A stretch of DNA of 64,000 bases, taken from contig CAZCYD010000003.1 of NCBI GenBank assembly GCA_964502735.1, positions 33,598 through 97,597 of the forward strand. The letters are read 5' to 3'. A model generated the notes under the pieces. The model was not told the origin of the DNA. It saw only the letters and a list, made by a program, of their open reading frames with translations, and made no database searches. Below, piece after piece: positions 28,411 through 38,954 of this stretch (the first letter of the stretch is position 1; every line of letters starts with the position of its first letter). The translations under genes and the position numbers were made by a program. The stretch is from an uncultured Pseudobdellovibrionaceae bacterium (GTDB lineage: Bacteria; Bdellovibrionota; Bdellovibrionia; Bdellovibrionales; UBA1609).

Positions 28411-29691
28411 TTATAATTTAAAAGCTGAATTTCCCCAATATTGGACCCGAGATCCCAAATCTTCTTCAATTCTCAAAAGCTGATTGTATTTGGCCACTCT
28501 GTCTGTTCGACAAAGCGACCCCGTTTTGATTTGTTCACAAAACATGGCGACAGACAAATCAGCTATTACGGCGTCTTCTGTTTCTCCACTTCTATGCGAC
28601 ATAACAGTAGTAAAACTATGAGCGTGAGCCATTCTTACAGCTTCAGAAGTTTCAGACAAAGTGCCTATTTGATTAACTTTTACCAATAACGAGTTAGCCG
28701 CCTTTTTTTCAATTCCTAAAGCTATACGCTTGGGATTTGTAACGAATAGGTCATCACCTACTAACTGCAAATCATGGCCTGATAATTTTGTGAAAGCTAC
28801 CCACCCCTCCCAATCATCTTCGGCAAATCCATCCTCAATACTTATTAGAGGAAATTCTTTTTTCCACTCTGTGTACACTTGACCCAGCTCATGGGAAGAG
28901 AGTTTTTGCCCTTCCCATTTGTACTTTTCTCCATCATACAATTCTGTTGAGGCCACGTCCAAGGCTAAGAAAACCTGCTCACCCAACTTATACCCTGAAC
29001 TTTCAACAGCCTGTGAAAGCAACTCTAGTGCCTGGCGATTACTTTCCAATTTGGGGGCAAACCCTCCTTCATCACCTACGGCAGTGGACAAGTTTCTTTG
29101 ACTCAATATCGATTTTAGGTTCTGAAAAATTTCACTTCCTGCACGCAAGGCCTCTTTAAAGCTTGTAAACCCGGACGGTACAATCATGTACTCCTGTACA
29201 TCTAAACCGTTGTTGGCATGAGCGCCCCCATTGAGAACATTCATTAATGGTACAGGTAACTTTACGGCTTTCTCCCCACCTATATGAGCGTACAAGGGTT
29301 GCTTAGCTGAAGTAGCCGACAGCTTAGCGTAGGCAAGGGAAACTCCCAGTATTGCATTCGCTCCTAAAGCAGACTTGTTCTCGGTGCCATCCAATTCAAT
29401 AATTTTTTTATCCAAAGCCAGTTGATCTCCCAACTGAACCCCCTCTAAGAGAGGAGCGATTTTGTTTTTTATATTTTCAACAGCATTAAGAACTCCCTTA
29501 CCTTTAAACCTCTGACCTCCATCCCTGAGTTCATGAGCCTCATAGGCTCCTGTAGAAGCCCCCGAAGGCACTGCTGCCCGCGCGCTCAAACCCTCATCTG
29601 TGAACATCTCCACCTCTACTGTAGGGTTGCCACGACTGTCTAGAATTTCTCTGGCTTTTATTTTGCTAATTCTTGGTCTAATTTTGGACAT
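28411..29691 (-). CDS. eno: Enolase
   Basis: [54 protein letters not shown]. Confidence 0.99.
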   Translation of the reverse strand: MSKIRPRISKIKAREILDSRGNPTVEVEMFTDEGLSARAAVPSGASTGAYEAHELRDGGQRFKGKGVLNAVENIKNKIAPLLEGVQLGDQLALDKKIIELDGTENKSALGANAILGVSLAYAKLSATSAKQPLYAHIGGEKAVKLPVPLMNVLNGGAHANNGLDVQEYMIVPSGFTSFKEALRAGSEIFQNLKSILSQRNLSTAVGDEGGFAPKLESNRQALELLSQAVESSGYKLGEQVFLALDVASTELYDGEKYKWEGQKLSSHELGQVYTEWKKEFPLISIEDGFAEDDWEGWVAFTKLSGHDLQLVGDDLFVTNPKRIALGIEKKAANSLLVKVNQIGTLSETSEAVRMAHAHSFTTVMSHRSGETEDAVIADLSVAMFCEQIKTGSLCRTDRVAKYNQLLRIEEDLGSRVQYWGNSAFKL

Positions 29692-29720
29692 GCTTTAGAA
29701 CTCCCATGCTGTTAACCCGT

Positions 29721-31175
29721 TTAAGCGGTCGGTAAATCTATTACAAAAGTGCTCCCGCTGGCTGTTGAACTCATCAAATTCATTTTTCCCTTGTGCCTTT
29801 TAAGTATGGCCTCTACAGCCTCACCTTCTACACTTTTGCAAAAGCCTTCTTTGTCAATCCCTGATCCTGTATCGCTAATTTCAACTTCTGCTAAGCGCCC
29901 CTTGGGACGAGTGACGACCCTCAAAGTCTTATTGGTTGCACTCTCCATAGAGTCTATACTTTTGCGAAGAACATTCACAAAGACCGACTCCATATCTTTT
30001 CTAAATAGAGTCATCTCCTCATTATAGAAATACAGTTTGTTTATTTGTAAGTCTCGTCCACGAGAAACCCTTTTGATGGCCGCATCAAGCACCTCTGAGA
30101 GCTGAACTTGAGATTTGGTCTCTTCGACAAAAAAATCCTGATTTTCATCATCTTTTGTATTATTCAGGGCCTCTGTGATATTCTCAAAATGTTTGTGCGT
30201 TTGATCCAATAAGGTCGGATAACTCTTTAAAATTCTTTCCCAATCCACTCGTCTCATAGCTTCTTTCACTTGTGGATTCATTCGATCTTGCCCTACCAAT
30301 AAGGTGACCAGCTGCTGAGCTCGCGCCAAATAATCAGAAATCCGTGCCACTTCAGCTCTTAAAGTCGAAACCCTGTTCCTTAAACGCTCTCGTTTTCGTG
30401 GAGCCAAAGGAACTGAAACATCCTGCACCTTGGATAAACTAAACGTAGATGAACGCAAATTCTCTATTTCAACTTTAAGTTTTTCTATTTCTTTGTGACT
30501 CTTACTCAAATCTTGAGTTCTCTCCTCCAACTCCTTTTCTCTGGCTTCAAGAGCGAGAACTAAAGACTGCATAAAATCAGGATTTATATTGTGTCCACTT
30601 TCACTGCCTTCAAAAAAGTTGGCCTGCCGTGGATTCCAGTTCACAATGATTTTTGTCCCCATCCAAGTGACATGGGCCATTTCTTGATTCATAAAGGTCG
30701 GCAGGGCCTCAATACAGGCTCTTAAATATTCTGTTACAAATGGAAATTCATCGTTGGATATAGGCAATTCAAAGGTTATGTGGTTCTCATCCTTTTTTAA
30801 ACTACCCACTGGGGGCGGAGGAGAAATAAAATAAGATATAAATCTCTCCGGTTGGATAAATACATCTTGGGGTTTTTGCATCATTTTTAAAACACTGTCT
30901 AGAGTTCCCCAAGAACTCAACTCAGAACAAGAGTGACCTATGAGTTGAACTATATTTTCACCAGGAAAATGAGCGCAAAATTCTTTTTCAATAAAATTTA
31001 GAAAAGACTCCACCTCTTGGGCCTTTAGCCAACAAGAGGGATCGCGCATAAACTCAGTCGGGGATTCTGCATAAGTCAAAACCCTCTCTAAATCCACGCC
31101 CCTTTTAAAAAGAAAACTCAATGCTGAGTTGGTAATTTTAGCACTAAAATACACGCCCCTTTCTATCTCTTTCAC
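29721..31175 (-). CDS. Sensor-like N-domain + coiled coil + degenerate HATPase_c (pseudo histidine kinase)
   Basis: C-terminal EISDTGSGI and GSTFVIDLP; no H-box, N box altered, F/G2 boxes missing. Confidence 0.7.
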   Translation of the reverse strand: MKEIERGVYFSAKITNSALSFLFKRGVDLERVLTYAESPTEFMRDPSCWLKAQEVESFLNFIEKEFCAHFPGENIVQLIGHSCSELSSWGTLDSVLKMMQKPQDVFIQPERFISYFISPPPPVGSLKKDENHITFELPISNDEFPFVTEYLRACIEALPTFMNQEMAHVTWMGTKIIVNWNPRQANFFEGSESGHNINPDFMQSLVLALEAREKELEERTQDLSKSHKEIEKLKVEIENLRSSTFSLSKVQDVSVPLAPRKRERLRNRVSTLRAEVARISDYLARAQQLVTLLVGQDRMNPQVKEAMRRVDWERILKSYPTLLDQTHKHFENITEALNNTKDDENQDFFVEETKSQVQLSEVLDAAIKRVSRGRDLQINKLYFYNEEMTLFRKDMESVFVNVLRKSIDSMESATNKTLRVVTRPKGRLAEVEISDTGSGIDKEGFCKSVEGEAVEAILKRHKGKMNLMSSTASGSTFVIDLPTA

Positions 31176-31376
31176 TTGAGGCTTTCAAGGACGGACTTAT
31201 TGATTTAGCTATCTGCTATGAGTCATTATCTGGTTTCATCAATTATAGTAGCCGCGCGTCAATGGCAGAGTCTGAAACTTTGTCCATTGAACGACCTACA
31301 TTTATCATAATTCTGGCCTACCCTTATCAAGACACACTCACTTTTTGATTGGTGAATTTATTCCATCATACTTTTG

Positions 31377-32489
31377 CTAGACTGCTTTTTTTGCAGTAAA
31401 TTTCGAACGCGAAAAAGGAATCCCGTTGTCTTCAATTTCACTCATAAACTGGGGGACTTCCCCTGTGGGCTCGATTTGACCCAAAAGCTTTCCTTCTTTC
31501 GTTTTTATCATTCGGCTCATGTGATAAATAGATACCACTTTATAATCTCCATCTGGAGTAAACCCTCGAACCTCATCAATACTATGAACTTTTCTCGACC
31601 CATCTGAATACCTTGAAATTTGCACAACTAAATCTATAGCTGAAACAATTTGGTCCCTCAAAGCTCTCTCGCTCAACGATCCCCCTCCTCCCTGAGCCAA
31701 TGCTTGAAGTCGTGTTAAGGCTCCTAAGGCGCTATTAGCGTGGACTGTACCTAAACATCCTTTGTGCCCCGTATTCATGGCTTGGATAAGCTCTAAAGCC
31801 TCCCCTCCCCTAACCTCGCCAACAATGATTCTGTCAGGCCTTAGTCTTAAAGCGCTCTTTAATAAATCTCTTATAGACACCTCTCCTTTACCTAACTCAT
31901 CAGCTGACCGAGTTTCGAATGAAACAACGTGCTCATAATCTATGTCCAGCTCGGTGGCGTCTTCAATAACTATAACCCTTTGACCTTGAGGGATTCGGCT
32001 ACACAAAACACCAAGCAAAGTGGTTTTTCCAGATCCTGTTCCTCCGCTCACTAATATGTTCTTACCCAACTTCATTGCCACATCTAAAAACTGTGCGCTA
32101 TCGACGCTTAAAGCACCCCAATTGACATAGTCTTTGAATGAAATGCTAACCTTAGAAAATTTTCTTATGGCTACTGTTGTTCCATTTCTTGCACAAGGCG
32201 GAAGAACAGCATGAATGCGATATCCATTTGGCAATCGAGCATCTAGCCGGGGTTCTTCCTCGTTAATTCTTCGCCCTACGCTCTGAGCAATATTGTTAAC
32301 GGCGGCCCGTAGAGAGTCTTCATCAGGAAACTCTGCCGAACTTTTGACAATTTTTCCCTTAACTTCAATCCATATATCCTTATGACCATTAATCATAATC
32401 TCAGTCACGCTTTCATCTTCTAAATACTTGGCAATTGGATTTAGAAAGTTCTTTAGTGACTCAATAAAAACTTGAGACGTATCCGACAT
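31377..32489 (-). CDS. cpaF: CpaF/TadA-family secretion/pilus ATPase
   Basis: DARLPNGYRIHAVLPP, IRKF, GGTGSGKTT, IEDATEL, LRLRPDRIIVGEVRG, MNTGH, TVHAN. Confidence 0.93.
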   Translation of the reverse strand: MSDTSQVFIESLKNFLNPIAKYLEDESVTEIMINGHKDIWIEVKGKIVKSSAEFPDEDSLRAAVNNIAQSVGRRINEEEPRLDARLPNGYRIHAVLPPCARNGTTVAIRKFSKVSISFKDYVNWGALSVDSAQFLDVAMKLGKNILVSGGTGSGKTTLLGVLCSRIPQGQRVIVIEDATELDIDYEHVVSFETRSADELGKGEVSIRDLLKSALRLRPDRIIVGEVRGGEALELIQAMNTGHKGCLGTVHANSALGALTRLQALAQGGGGSLSERALRDQIVSAIDLVVQISRYSDGSRKVHSIDEVRGFTPDGDYKVVSIYHMSRMIKTKEGKLLGQIEPTGEVPQFMSEIEDNGIPFSRSKFTAKKAV

Positions 32490-32977
32490 TAGCGCTCCGA
32501 AGCGGGCTGACGCTGACTTAAGCCTGATTGACTTTTTTGAGTTGGATAAACAACCAAACGTCCCTGGGATGACGTCTCAGGACTCTGAAAGGTATAGATA
32601 CCCTCTTTTTGGGGGTGAATCATAAAAGTTTTTATTTTACCGAAATAAGTTGCGTGATGTTCAGAAAATGCGTCCAATACAAAACTGACATTTTTATCTT
32701 TCTCGTTTACATTAACAATATGAACTTTGTACTGAAATCCCTCCCGAGTTCGAACCGTAGAAGGAACAAAACCTCGATCGGTATTCAATATTACGATTTC
32801 CTGAATAGGCTCTCCACTATTTAGAATGAAATCAAAGACTCCTCCATCTGAATTTTCTTGAATTGGCCTATACTCTTGCTTGCGAACCTCTTTATTTCTT
32901 CTAGACAAATCAATTATCCATTCGGCATCACAAATACCCGGCAGAAAAATTAACAAGAGTAAAACTGGCAACCTCAT
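32489..32977 (-). CDS. Secreted cupredoxin-like domain protein
   Basis: Signal peptide; GFVPSTV...VHIVNV...GIYTFQSPE...GRLVV; the canonical Cys/His/Met copper ligand set is not evident. Confidence 0.6.
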   Translation of the reverse strand: MRLPVLLLLIFLPGICDAEWIIDLSRRNKEVRKQEYRPIQENSDGGVFDFILNSGEPIQEIVILNTDRGFVPSTVRTREGFQYKVHIVNVNEKDKNVSFVLDAFSEHHATYFGKIKTFMIHPQKEGIYTFQSPETSSQGRLVVYPTQKSQSGLSQRQPASER

Positions 32978-32985
32978 TTATCCTC

Positions 32986-33342
32986 CTAATGAATGTTTTC
33001 ACGAGAGTGAAAATCTGCAAATTCTTTTGCCACTTCCATTGCTAAATAGCTCAGAGTTTTTTGATCAAATTCTTTAAGTGCTTGTATCATTTCCTCTAAG
33101 TTATGCTGTTTAGAATTTACAATTCCTATAACCTGTGCAAAATTTTCCATATACTGAGCCAGACTCTCTAACTCCTTGGTCCAATCCATATCTAAAACTG
33201 GGTCTATAACTCCCATATTATAGAGAGCATCAAACATTAGCTGTAAATCACCTTGTAAATACACAGATAGCTCCTTTTCTTTTTGCCCATATTCCCAAAC
33301 AACACATTTCTTAGAACCAGGGAACTCGAACAAGTTCAGCAT
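32986..33342 (-). CDS. Hypothetical cytoplasmic protein
   Basis: Clean ORF heading the operon; LQLMFDALYNMGVIDPV motif. Confidence 0.7.
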   Translation of the reverse strand: MLNLFEFPGSKKCVVWEYGQKEKELSVYLQGDLQLMFDALYNMGVIDPVLDMDWTKELESLAQYMENFAQVIGIVNSKQHNLEEMIQALKEFDQKTLSYLAMEVAKEFADFHSRENIH

Positions 33343-33347
33343 ATTTT

Positions 33348-33375
33348 TGATCGGTATATTAAAGGAAGGCCTTTA
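33348..33375 (-). promoter_or_regulatory. sigma28-like promoter, leaderless
   Basis: TAAA-N16-ACCGATCA-5 nt-ATG(33342). Confidence 0.55.
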
Positions 33376-33731
33376 TAGATGGATAAAAAACTCTCATCAT
33401 TAAATTGATAACTGGCTACCCTTAGTAGATTTACCAAGATTTAGGGAGCTAATTTTTAAATCAAACTAGACTTTTATCTTGTTCTTTATTTTAAATTATA
33501 AGTTTTTTGAAATTGAGATAGCCTTACCTGACACATGAACCGCAGCCAATCTAGATTTTTTTACCCAATGCCCCTCGCTGTCTCCAAGTTGAGTAAAATA
33601 CCCCCCAACTATTAGATTATCACCATATCTAAATTAATTTTGGTTAAAAATAAACAAGATGAAAATAGATGCTGCATCTGACAACCTAAATAATATCTTG
33701 AAAAATATCAAAAATCAGAAATACAAATTTC

Positions 33732-35063
33732 TTAAAGAATATTAGCTGCCAATTCAGCTAGCTCTGATCTTTCTCCCTTGGACATAGTCACATGAGCCGC
33801 AATATTGTGGCCCTTAAAACGCTCAACAGAATAAGTTAAACCACTATTGGCTGAGTCCACATAAGGATTGTCTATCTGATAGGGATCACCCGTTAGAACA
33901 ACTTTTGTCCCAGAACCAGCTCGGGTAACAATTGTTTTAATTTCATGTGGGGTGAGATTCTGCGATTCATCAACTATCAAAAATTGATTGGGAATGCTCC
34001 GCCCTCTGATATAAGTTAAAGGTTCAATATTGACCATACCCTGATTGATTAACTCTTGAGCTCTACCCGCAGCTTTTTTATCTGCCCCCATTAAGAATTC
34101 AATATTATCAAAAATTGGCTGCATCCAAGGATTGAGCTTTTGCTCTACATCTCCAGGCAAATAACCAATATCGCGCCCCATTGGGAATATCGGACGACTC
34201 ACAAGCAATCTCTGAAAACGGCCTTCATCTAAAGTCTTGTACAAGCCCGCAGCAAGAGCCAACAATGTCTTTCCTGTACCGGCCTTGCCAACAAGAGAAA
34301 CGAATAGAACTTCATCATTAAGTAAACAATCCAATGCAAAGCTTTGTTCAACATTTCTTGGATGTATTCCCCAAATGCTATCAGATGGACTTATCAAAGG
34401 TACGATAGCTCCTTCTCGACCGCTGTAACGCCCTATCGCGGAATGATTCGGATTAGCTTCATCTTTCATGATGATGTACTGATTGGCTAAAAATCTTTCG
34501 CGGTCTACATCAACAAATTTCTCTTTATAAAATCTGTCTATGGTTTGCGAAGACACAACAATCTCCTTAAGGCCTGTGTGCATTTCTTCGCTTAAATAAT
34601 CTTCACTCTCAGGCTCGTAGTCTTTTGCATTTACACCAAAAACATCGGCTTTAATTCGAAGATTAATGTCTTTTGTGACAAGTTCAACTTCGGCCTCAGG
34701 AAAACTTTTAGATAAATTCATGGCCGTTGCCAAAATACGATTATCTGCTTTGAAAGCGTCCATTTCTGGAGGCATGCCTTCTACTTTAGAGTCCGTCGTC
34801 ACATGAACGTAAGCCCGGCTACTTTCCAGCAAAATCCCCTTTGCAAGCTCCCCTTTGCTCCTAAGAACGTCAATGAATCGAGAAAATTGTCTGGCGTTTC
34901 GACCGTTTTCGCCCAAATCGCGTTTGAATCGATCAACCTCTTCTATTACCGAAAAGGGAATGTGAATATCGGCGTCTTTAAATTTCGTAATGGCTAGAGC
35001 GTCAAATAAAATCACATTGGTATCAATAACAATTTTTCTATTCGTGTGACTGACAAAAGCCAA
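33732..35063 (-). CDS. phoH: PIN-PhoH (PhoH2/YlaK-like) protein
   Basis: PIN motif VIDTNVILFD...ADNRIL...TKDINLR; GKAGTGKT, GYLPG, IRGRSI, VDESQNLT, GDPYQID; TTG start with SD AGGAGG. Confidence 0.93.
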   Translation of the reverse strand: MAFVSHTNRKIVIDTNVILFDALAITKFKDADIHIPFSVIEEVDRFKRDLGENGRNARQFSRFIDVLRSKGELAKGILLESSRAYVHVTTDSKVEGMPPEMDAFKADNRILATAMNLSKSFPEAEVELVTKDINLRIKADVFGVNAKDYEPESEDYLSEEMHTGLKEIVVSSQTIDRFYKEKFVDVDRERFLANQYIIMKDEANPNHSAIGRYSGREGAIVPLISPSDSIWGIHPRNVEQSFALDCLLNDEVLFVSLVGKAGTGKTLLALAAGLYKTLDEGRFQRLLVSRPIFPMGRDIGYLPGDVEQKLNPWMQPIFDNIEFLMGADKKAAGRAQELINQGMVNIEPLTYIRGRSIPNQFLIVDESQNLTPHEIKTIVTRAGSGTKVVLTGDPYQIDNPYVDSANSGLTYSVERFKGHNIAAHVTMSKGERSELAELAANIL

Positions 35064-35233
35064 TAGGCACCTCCTGATTTTTATAGGGAGAGTTGAGCCG
35101 TCCTCACCCTACAACTACTATTCGACCCTATGACATGACAAAGGTCTATCAAATTTTTATAATGATGCTGCTAAGCGAGATTGCGACGCAATTCTAAAAC
35201 TTACAAGAATTTAAAAATATAATTCTTAGATCT

Positions 35234-35758
35234 TTACTTTATATTGGAGACCATCACATCTCCATCATCTTGCTTCAAATTTGCGCTAACAGTTTCTATA
35301 AATTTTACGAAGTGAAAAAGAGCCATTCTATTTACAGTTTCTTTCTCAAATTGAGTACCCACCCGATAAACCCCCTCATGCTCCATATAGGCAACATGGG
35401 TGACTTTTACAATAAATGGGAAGTATGTTTTGTGATTCATGTAAACCCTCATGGCTACACTCTCTCCCTTTTCAAAGTGCCCCTGTTCGGTTTGCATATC
35501 AAAAGCCAAACCATCTTGAGAAATATCATACAAAGCCACTCTCATAAGGCCTTGACCAGGAATTATTACGTTCGCACCTATAAATTCGGTAAGTAGAGTT
35601 CGCTTAACCTGCCGCCTTTCATTTTGAATGATTTCTTTTCTTATTTCAGTGATGTCAGTCACGCTTGCATCGGTTACAAAAAAATGCTCACTTTTATCAA
35701 CTGGTGATTTGTCTTTGTTCTTTGGCTTTAATTCAATGACATTGCCATATTGTTTCAT
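35234..35758 (-). CDS. PilZ-domain protein; start adjusted to the ATG at 35758
   Basis: RQVKR (RxxxR) and DISQDG (DxSxxG) intact; SD GGGGGA. Confidence 0.85.
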   Translation of the reverse strand: MKQYGNVIELKPKNKDKSPVDKSEHFFVTDASVTDITEIRKEIIQNERRQVKRTLLTEFIGANVIIPGQGLMRVALYDISQDGLAFDMQTEQGHFEKGESVAMRVYMNHKTYFPFIVKVTHVAYMEHEGVYRVGTQFEKETVNRMALFHFVKFIETVSANLKQDDGDVMVSNIK

Positions 35759-35797
35759 TTTATCCCCCGCCCACATACAGAAAAGCTCTGTAAAGAC

Positions 35798-35824
35798 TTA
35801 TCGGCAGAAAATGTCTCAACTTTA
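35798..35824 (-). promoter_or_regulatory. sigma28 (FliA) promoter
   Basis: TAAAGTTG-N11-GCCGATAA, a near-perfect match to the TAAAGTTT-N11-GCCGATAA consensus. Confidence 0.8.
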
Positions 35825-35981
35825 GGCACTTGATTAACTTGATTAGCTCCTTTCTGAACTTCTTGGTGTCGTTGATTTATGGATCAATGCGCGACAGCCG
35901 TGAATTAACCTTACCCGCCCTTTTTGCTTCTTTGAACGCCAATACATGCCCATAGCTTAAAAATGTTAAAAATCTCCCTAA

Positions 35982-36884
35982 ATGTGCTATATTAGAACAG
36001 GAGGAACCCCGAGTTTGACAAAATTTGAGAGTTTTTACGTAGTTACATTTTTTTTGTGCTTAAGTTTAACTTTGCACTTTGGCTTCTTTTGGGGGCTCAC
36101 AAGCTTGCCCACTGAGCCCTCCCTTTCAGAGTCCGTTCCCGTAGAAATCACATTCCGATCTGAAGAGAAGAACAAGCAACAGTTTGTGACTGACCCAGAC
36201 CTTGGAAAGCTTGCCGACAAACTCAATGAACAGAGCCGATTCTTATCAAAATATGCACGTCGGGTAAAAGAAGAGTCCGTGGCAAGTCTATCTGGCCCCA
36301 CGGTAAATAAGGTTCCGCAACAACAGTCTCACACAAAATCTCAACCTGAGTTTCAACATAATCAAGAAAAAAAAATAGCCCGTGGAGAAACCTCTGGCTT
36401 GGATTTTCACGCTGAACAGAGGCAAATAGATGTAAAAAACAATACCAGCAGAAATTTCTCGGCTTCGACCATTGCTGAACATATACCCAATGTAAAGCGA
36501 GGCGGCTTTACAGTTCTAAACACAGATCAATTTACCTACTACTCATTTTTTCATAGAATTAATGAGCAAATCCGACTCCGGTGGGTAGGAAAAATCAGGC
36601 GCATATCTTTATCCCTCCACCCAAAGATGGTTAATCAGCTAGCCTTACTGGGACGCGAAACCCGCGTTGAACTCGTTCTTGATAGCAAGGGAGAATACGT
36701 AAGTACTTTTATTGACCAAGGATCCGGAGCTGAACCCCTAGACCGAGCCGCAGCTGAAGCACTTATTGAAGCGGCACCTTATTTGAACCCCCCCCAAGAC
36801 CTTGTCGATAATGATGGTTTTATACGCTTAAACTACAGTTTTTTTGTGGAATGGGAGTCTCGGCACCTTGCACGAGAACGATAG
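35982..36884 (+). CDS. TonB-family energy transducer; likely start TTG at 36015
   Basis: TM with SxxxH (SLTLH); C-terminal SGAEPLDRAA..A...A.PYLNPP; SD GGAGG before the TTG. Confidence 0.8.
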   Translation: MCYIRTGGTPSLTKFESFYVVTFFLCLSLTLHFGFFWGLTSLPTEPSLSESVPVEITFRSEEKNKQQFVTDPDLGKLADKLNEQSRFLSKYARRVKEESVASLSGPTVNKVPQQQSHTKSQPEFQHNQEKKIARGETSGLDFHAEQRQIDVKNNTSRNFSASTIAEHIPNVKRGGFTVLNTDQFTYYSFFHRINEQIRLRWVGKIRRISLSLHPKMVNQLALLGRETRVELVLDSKGEYVSTFIDQGSGAEPLDRAAAEALIEAAPYLNPPQDLVDNDGFIRLNYSFFVEWESRHLARER

Positions 36885-36983
36885 TCCAGTCCTAAGCCTC
36901 AACTGCACTAACCTAAAGGTTAAAAATGATGAGCTGACCCCAAGAAGCTCGCTATAATTTACCCTAAATGTTAATCTTAGATA

Positions 36984-37550
36984 GTGATTAAACTTTATTT
37001 GATGATACTGCTTAATTTTATTATATCCCCATCTATCCATGCCGGTGTCTTTGAACTTTCAGCGAGCGGAAATTACAGACGTCAACAAATCAATGACTTA
37101 AACTACCAAGAATCCCAGTCATTAACAGGGTCCATTAGCTATTATTTTATGGAGATGTCGGCCATTGAAATAAGCTACACAAAAGGAGTATCTAAGTTGA
37201 GAGCCCAATCCTCCGCCAACGACGTCTGGGTAGAGTACCACAATGAATTTACTCTGTATGGCGCGGATTTGGTTTTGACAATGGCACAACAAACTTCTAT
37301 TTTTCAACCCTTTGTAAAAGTTGGAGTGGCACATATAGTTAAGGACCTTATAATTAAAAGCGAAACAGGATCAGCTGCGAGAACACCTTCTGACCCCGAA
37401 ACCGTACCCAGCGCAGGAATAGGTTTTAAGTTCAGATTAACTAAAACATTTTCAATCAAAGCTGGAGCGGACGCATGGCTTACAAATCAAAATGAAGACA
37501 ATGAGAAAATTGATTATGCTGGAAGAATTGGCGTATCCTGGCTTCTCTAA
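36984..37550 (+). CDS. Small outer-membrane beta-barrel protein
   Basis: Signal peptide, alternating amphipathic strands, C-terminal GVSWLL. Confidence 0.7.
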   Translation: MIKLYLMILLNFIISPSIHAGVFELSASGNYRRQQINDLNYQESQSLTGSISYYFMEMSAIEISYTKGVSKLRAQSSANDVWVEYHNEFTLYGADLVLTMAQQTSIFQPFVKVGVAHIVKDLIIKSETGSAARTPSDPETVPSAGIGFKFRLTKTFSIKAGADAWLTNQNEDNEKIDYAGRIGVSWLL

Positions 37551-38607
37551 AATAATAAAAATTTTGTACTTATCTCTCTTTTTAATATTAACCACAGGCT
37601 GTTCCATTGGGTATCTTTTAAATTCTGGTTATCACCAACAAAAGATTTTCCATGCAAAAAAACCTATTGAAGAAATCCTAAAAGATCCTCATGCAGACCC
37701 TCATATAAAAAAACAGCTAATACTCATTCAAGAAGCAAGAGTCTTCGCGGAAAATGAATTAAAATTAAAGAAGACAAAAAACTACCAAGCTTACGTCGAC
37801 CTCCAACGCCCCTACGTGACTTGGATAGTGAGAGCAAGTGAGGCCTATGAGCTTAAAAGTTATCGCTGGTGGTTTCCTATTGTTGGCCATGTTCCCTATA
37901 AAGGTTTTTTTCAAGAAGAAGCAGCTCATGAAGAGGCTAAAAAATTTGATCCAAAAAAATATGACACTCACGTGCGCGGAGTTACGGCCTACTCAACACT
38001 AGGTTGGTTCTCGGACCCTATTTTATCTAGCATGATGAACTATCCAGAACCAGACCTTGTAGAGCTTATCATTCACGAAAGTGTTCATGCTACTATTTTC
38101 ATTAAAGGACAAGCCGACTTTAATGAGAGATTAGCTTCTTTCATAGGACAAGAGGGCACTAAACTTTTCTATACAAAAAAGGAAGGTAAAGACTCTCCAA
38201 CCGTAAGAAGCGTAGATCTAGCAAGACAAGATACACTTATATTTTCAAAGTTTATTACTAGTGAGTTGGCAGCACTTAGAGAGTGGTATAAAAATTTAAG
38301 TGAGAATGAAAAAAATGATGAAAACAAAGCTCAGCGACTAAAATCAATTCAAGACAACTTTAAAAAAAATATTACTAAAAAGTTAAACACTCCTAACTAT
38401 TTAGGTTTTAGTTCAATGAAACTAAATAATGCCATACTTTTAGGCTATGAAACTTATATCCAGGATCTATCAGACTTTGAAAAATTATTTAACCTGGATG
38501 AACGTAACTTTTCCCGCTTCCTAAATAGATGCCATCAACTTGAGAATCATAAAAATCCCCAAGACCAGATTAAAAAGTGGTTAGCTGAATCTTCCTACAA
38601 CTCTTAA
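37492..38607 (+). CDS. Predicted zinc aminopeptidase lipoprotein; true start downstream of 37492
   Basis: Lipobox TTG-C; WWFPIVGHVPYKGFF, AYSTLGWFSDP, IIHESVH, FNERLA. Confidence 0.88.
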   Translation: MKTMRKLIMLEELAYPGFSKIIKILYLSLFLILTTGCSIGYLLNSGYHQQKIFHAKKPIEEILKDPHADPHIKKQLILIQEARVFAENELKLKKTKNYQAYVDLQRPYVTWIVRASEAYELKSYRWWFPIVGHVPYKGFFQEEAAHEEAKKFDPKKYDTHVRGVTAYSTLGWFSDPILSSMMNYPEPDLVELIIHESVHATIFIKGQADFNERLASFIGQEGTKLFYTKKEGKDSPTVRSVDLARQDTLIFSKFITSELAALREWYKNLSENEKNDENKAQRLKSIQDNFKKNITKKLNTPNYLGFSSMKLNNAILLGYETYIQDLSDFEKLFNLDERNFSRFLNRCHQLENHKNPQDQIKKWLAESSYNS

Positions 38608-38611
38608 CTTT

Positions 38612-38953
38612 TTATAGTCCTAAAGAAAAATAAAATTTGGCAGTTTGTAGTTTAGAATAACTCTGACTCTCAGATTTTTCGCGCTCCAGGTTTTCCTTTT
38701 TTCTTTGACATTCGTACTGTCTTATATTTGACATAATTTTATTCTGAAGATTTTCAAAGTAATGTCCATCCTCAGGAACTACAGCCTCCATCTCCGATCT
38801 TATAAATTTTTTTAAGGTCGACAGTTGCCTAAATGTTTGGCTATTTTCTAATGCTGAATGTGGCAAGATTTTTACAGTATTAAACTCATTTTTATCTGAC
38901 TCATCATTAAATAACTCACCCTCAATAAGATCTATCCACCATACGTCTTTCAT
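38612..38953 (-). CDS. Small hypothetical protein, possible anti-sigma factor
   Basis: Starts 1 nt after the ECF sigma stop; N-terminal WIDLIEGEL helix. Confidence 0.55.
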   Translation of the reverse strand: MKDVWWIDLIEGELFNDESDKNEFNTVKILPHSALENSQTFRQLSTLKKFIRSEMEAVVPEDGHYFENLQNKIMSNIRQYECQRKKENLEREKSESQSYSKLQTAKFYFSLGL

Positions 38954-38954
38954 T

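Noticed and set aside
27694-31226. ATGASTCAT pseudo-palindrome in two intergenic regions (27694-27702 and 31218-31226)
   Set aside because: Only two short copies, picked after the fact; not distinguishable from chance without a genome-wide count.
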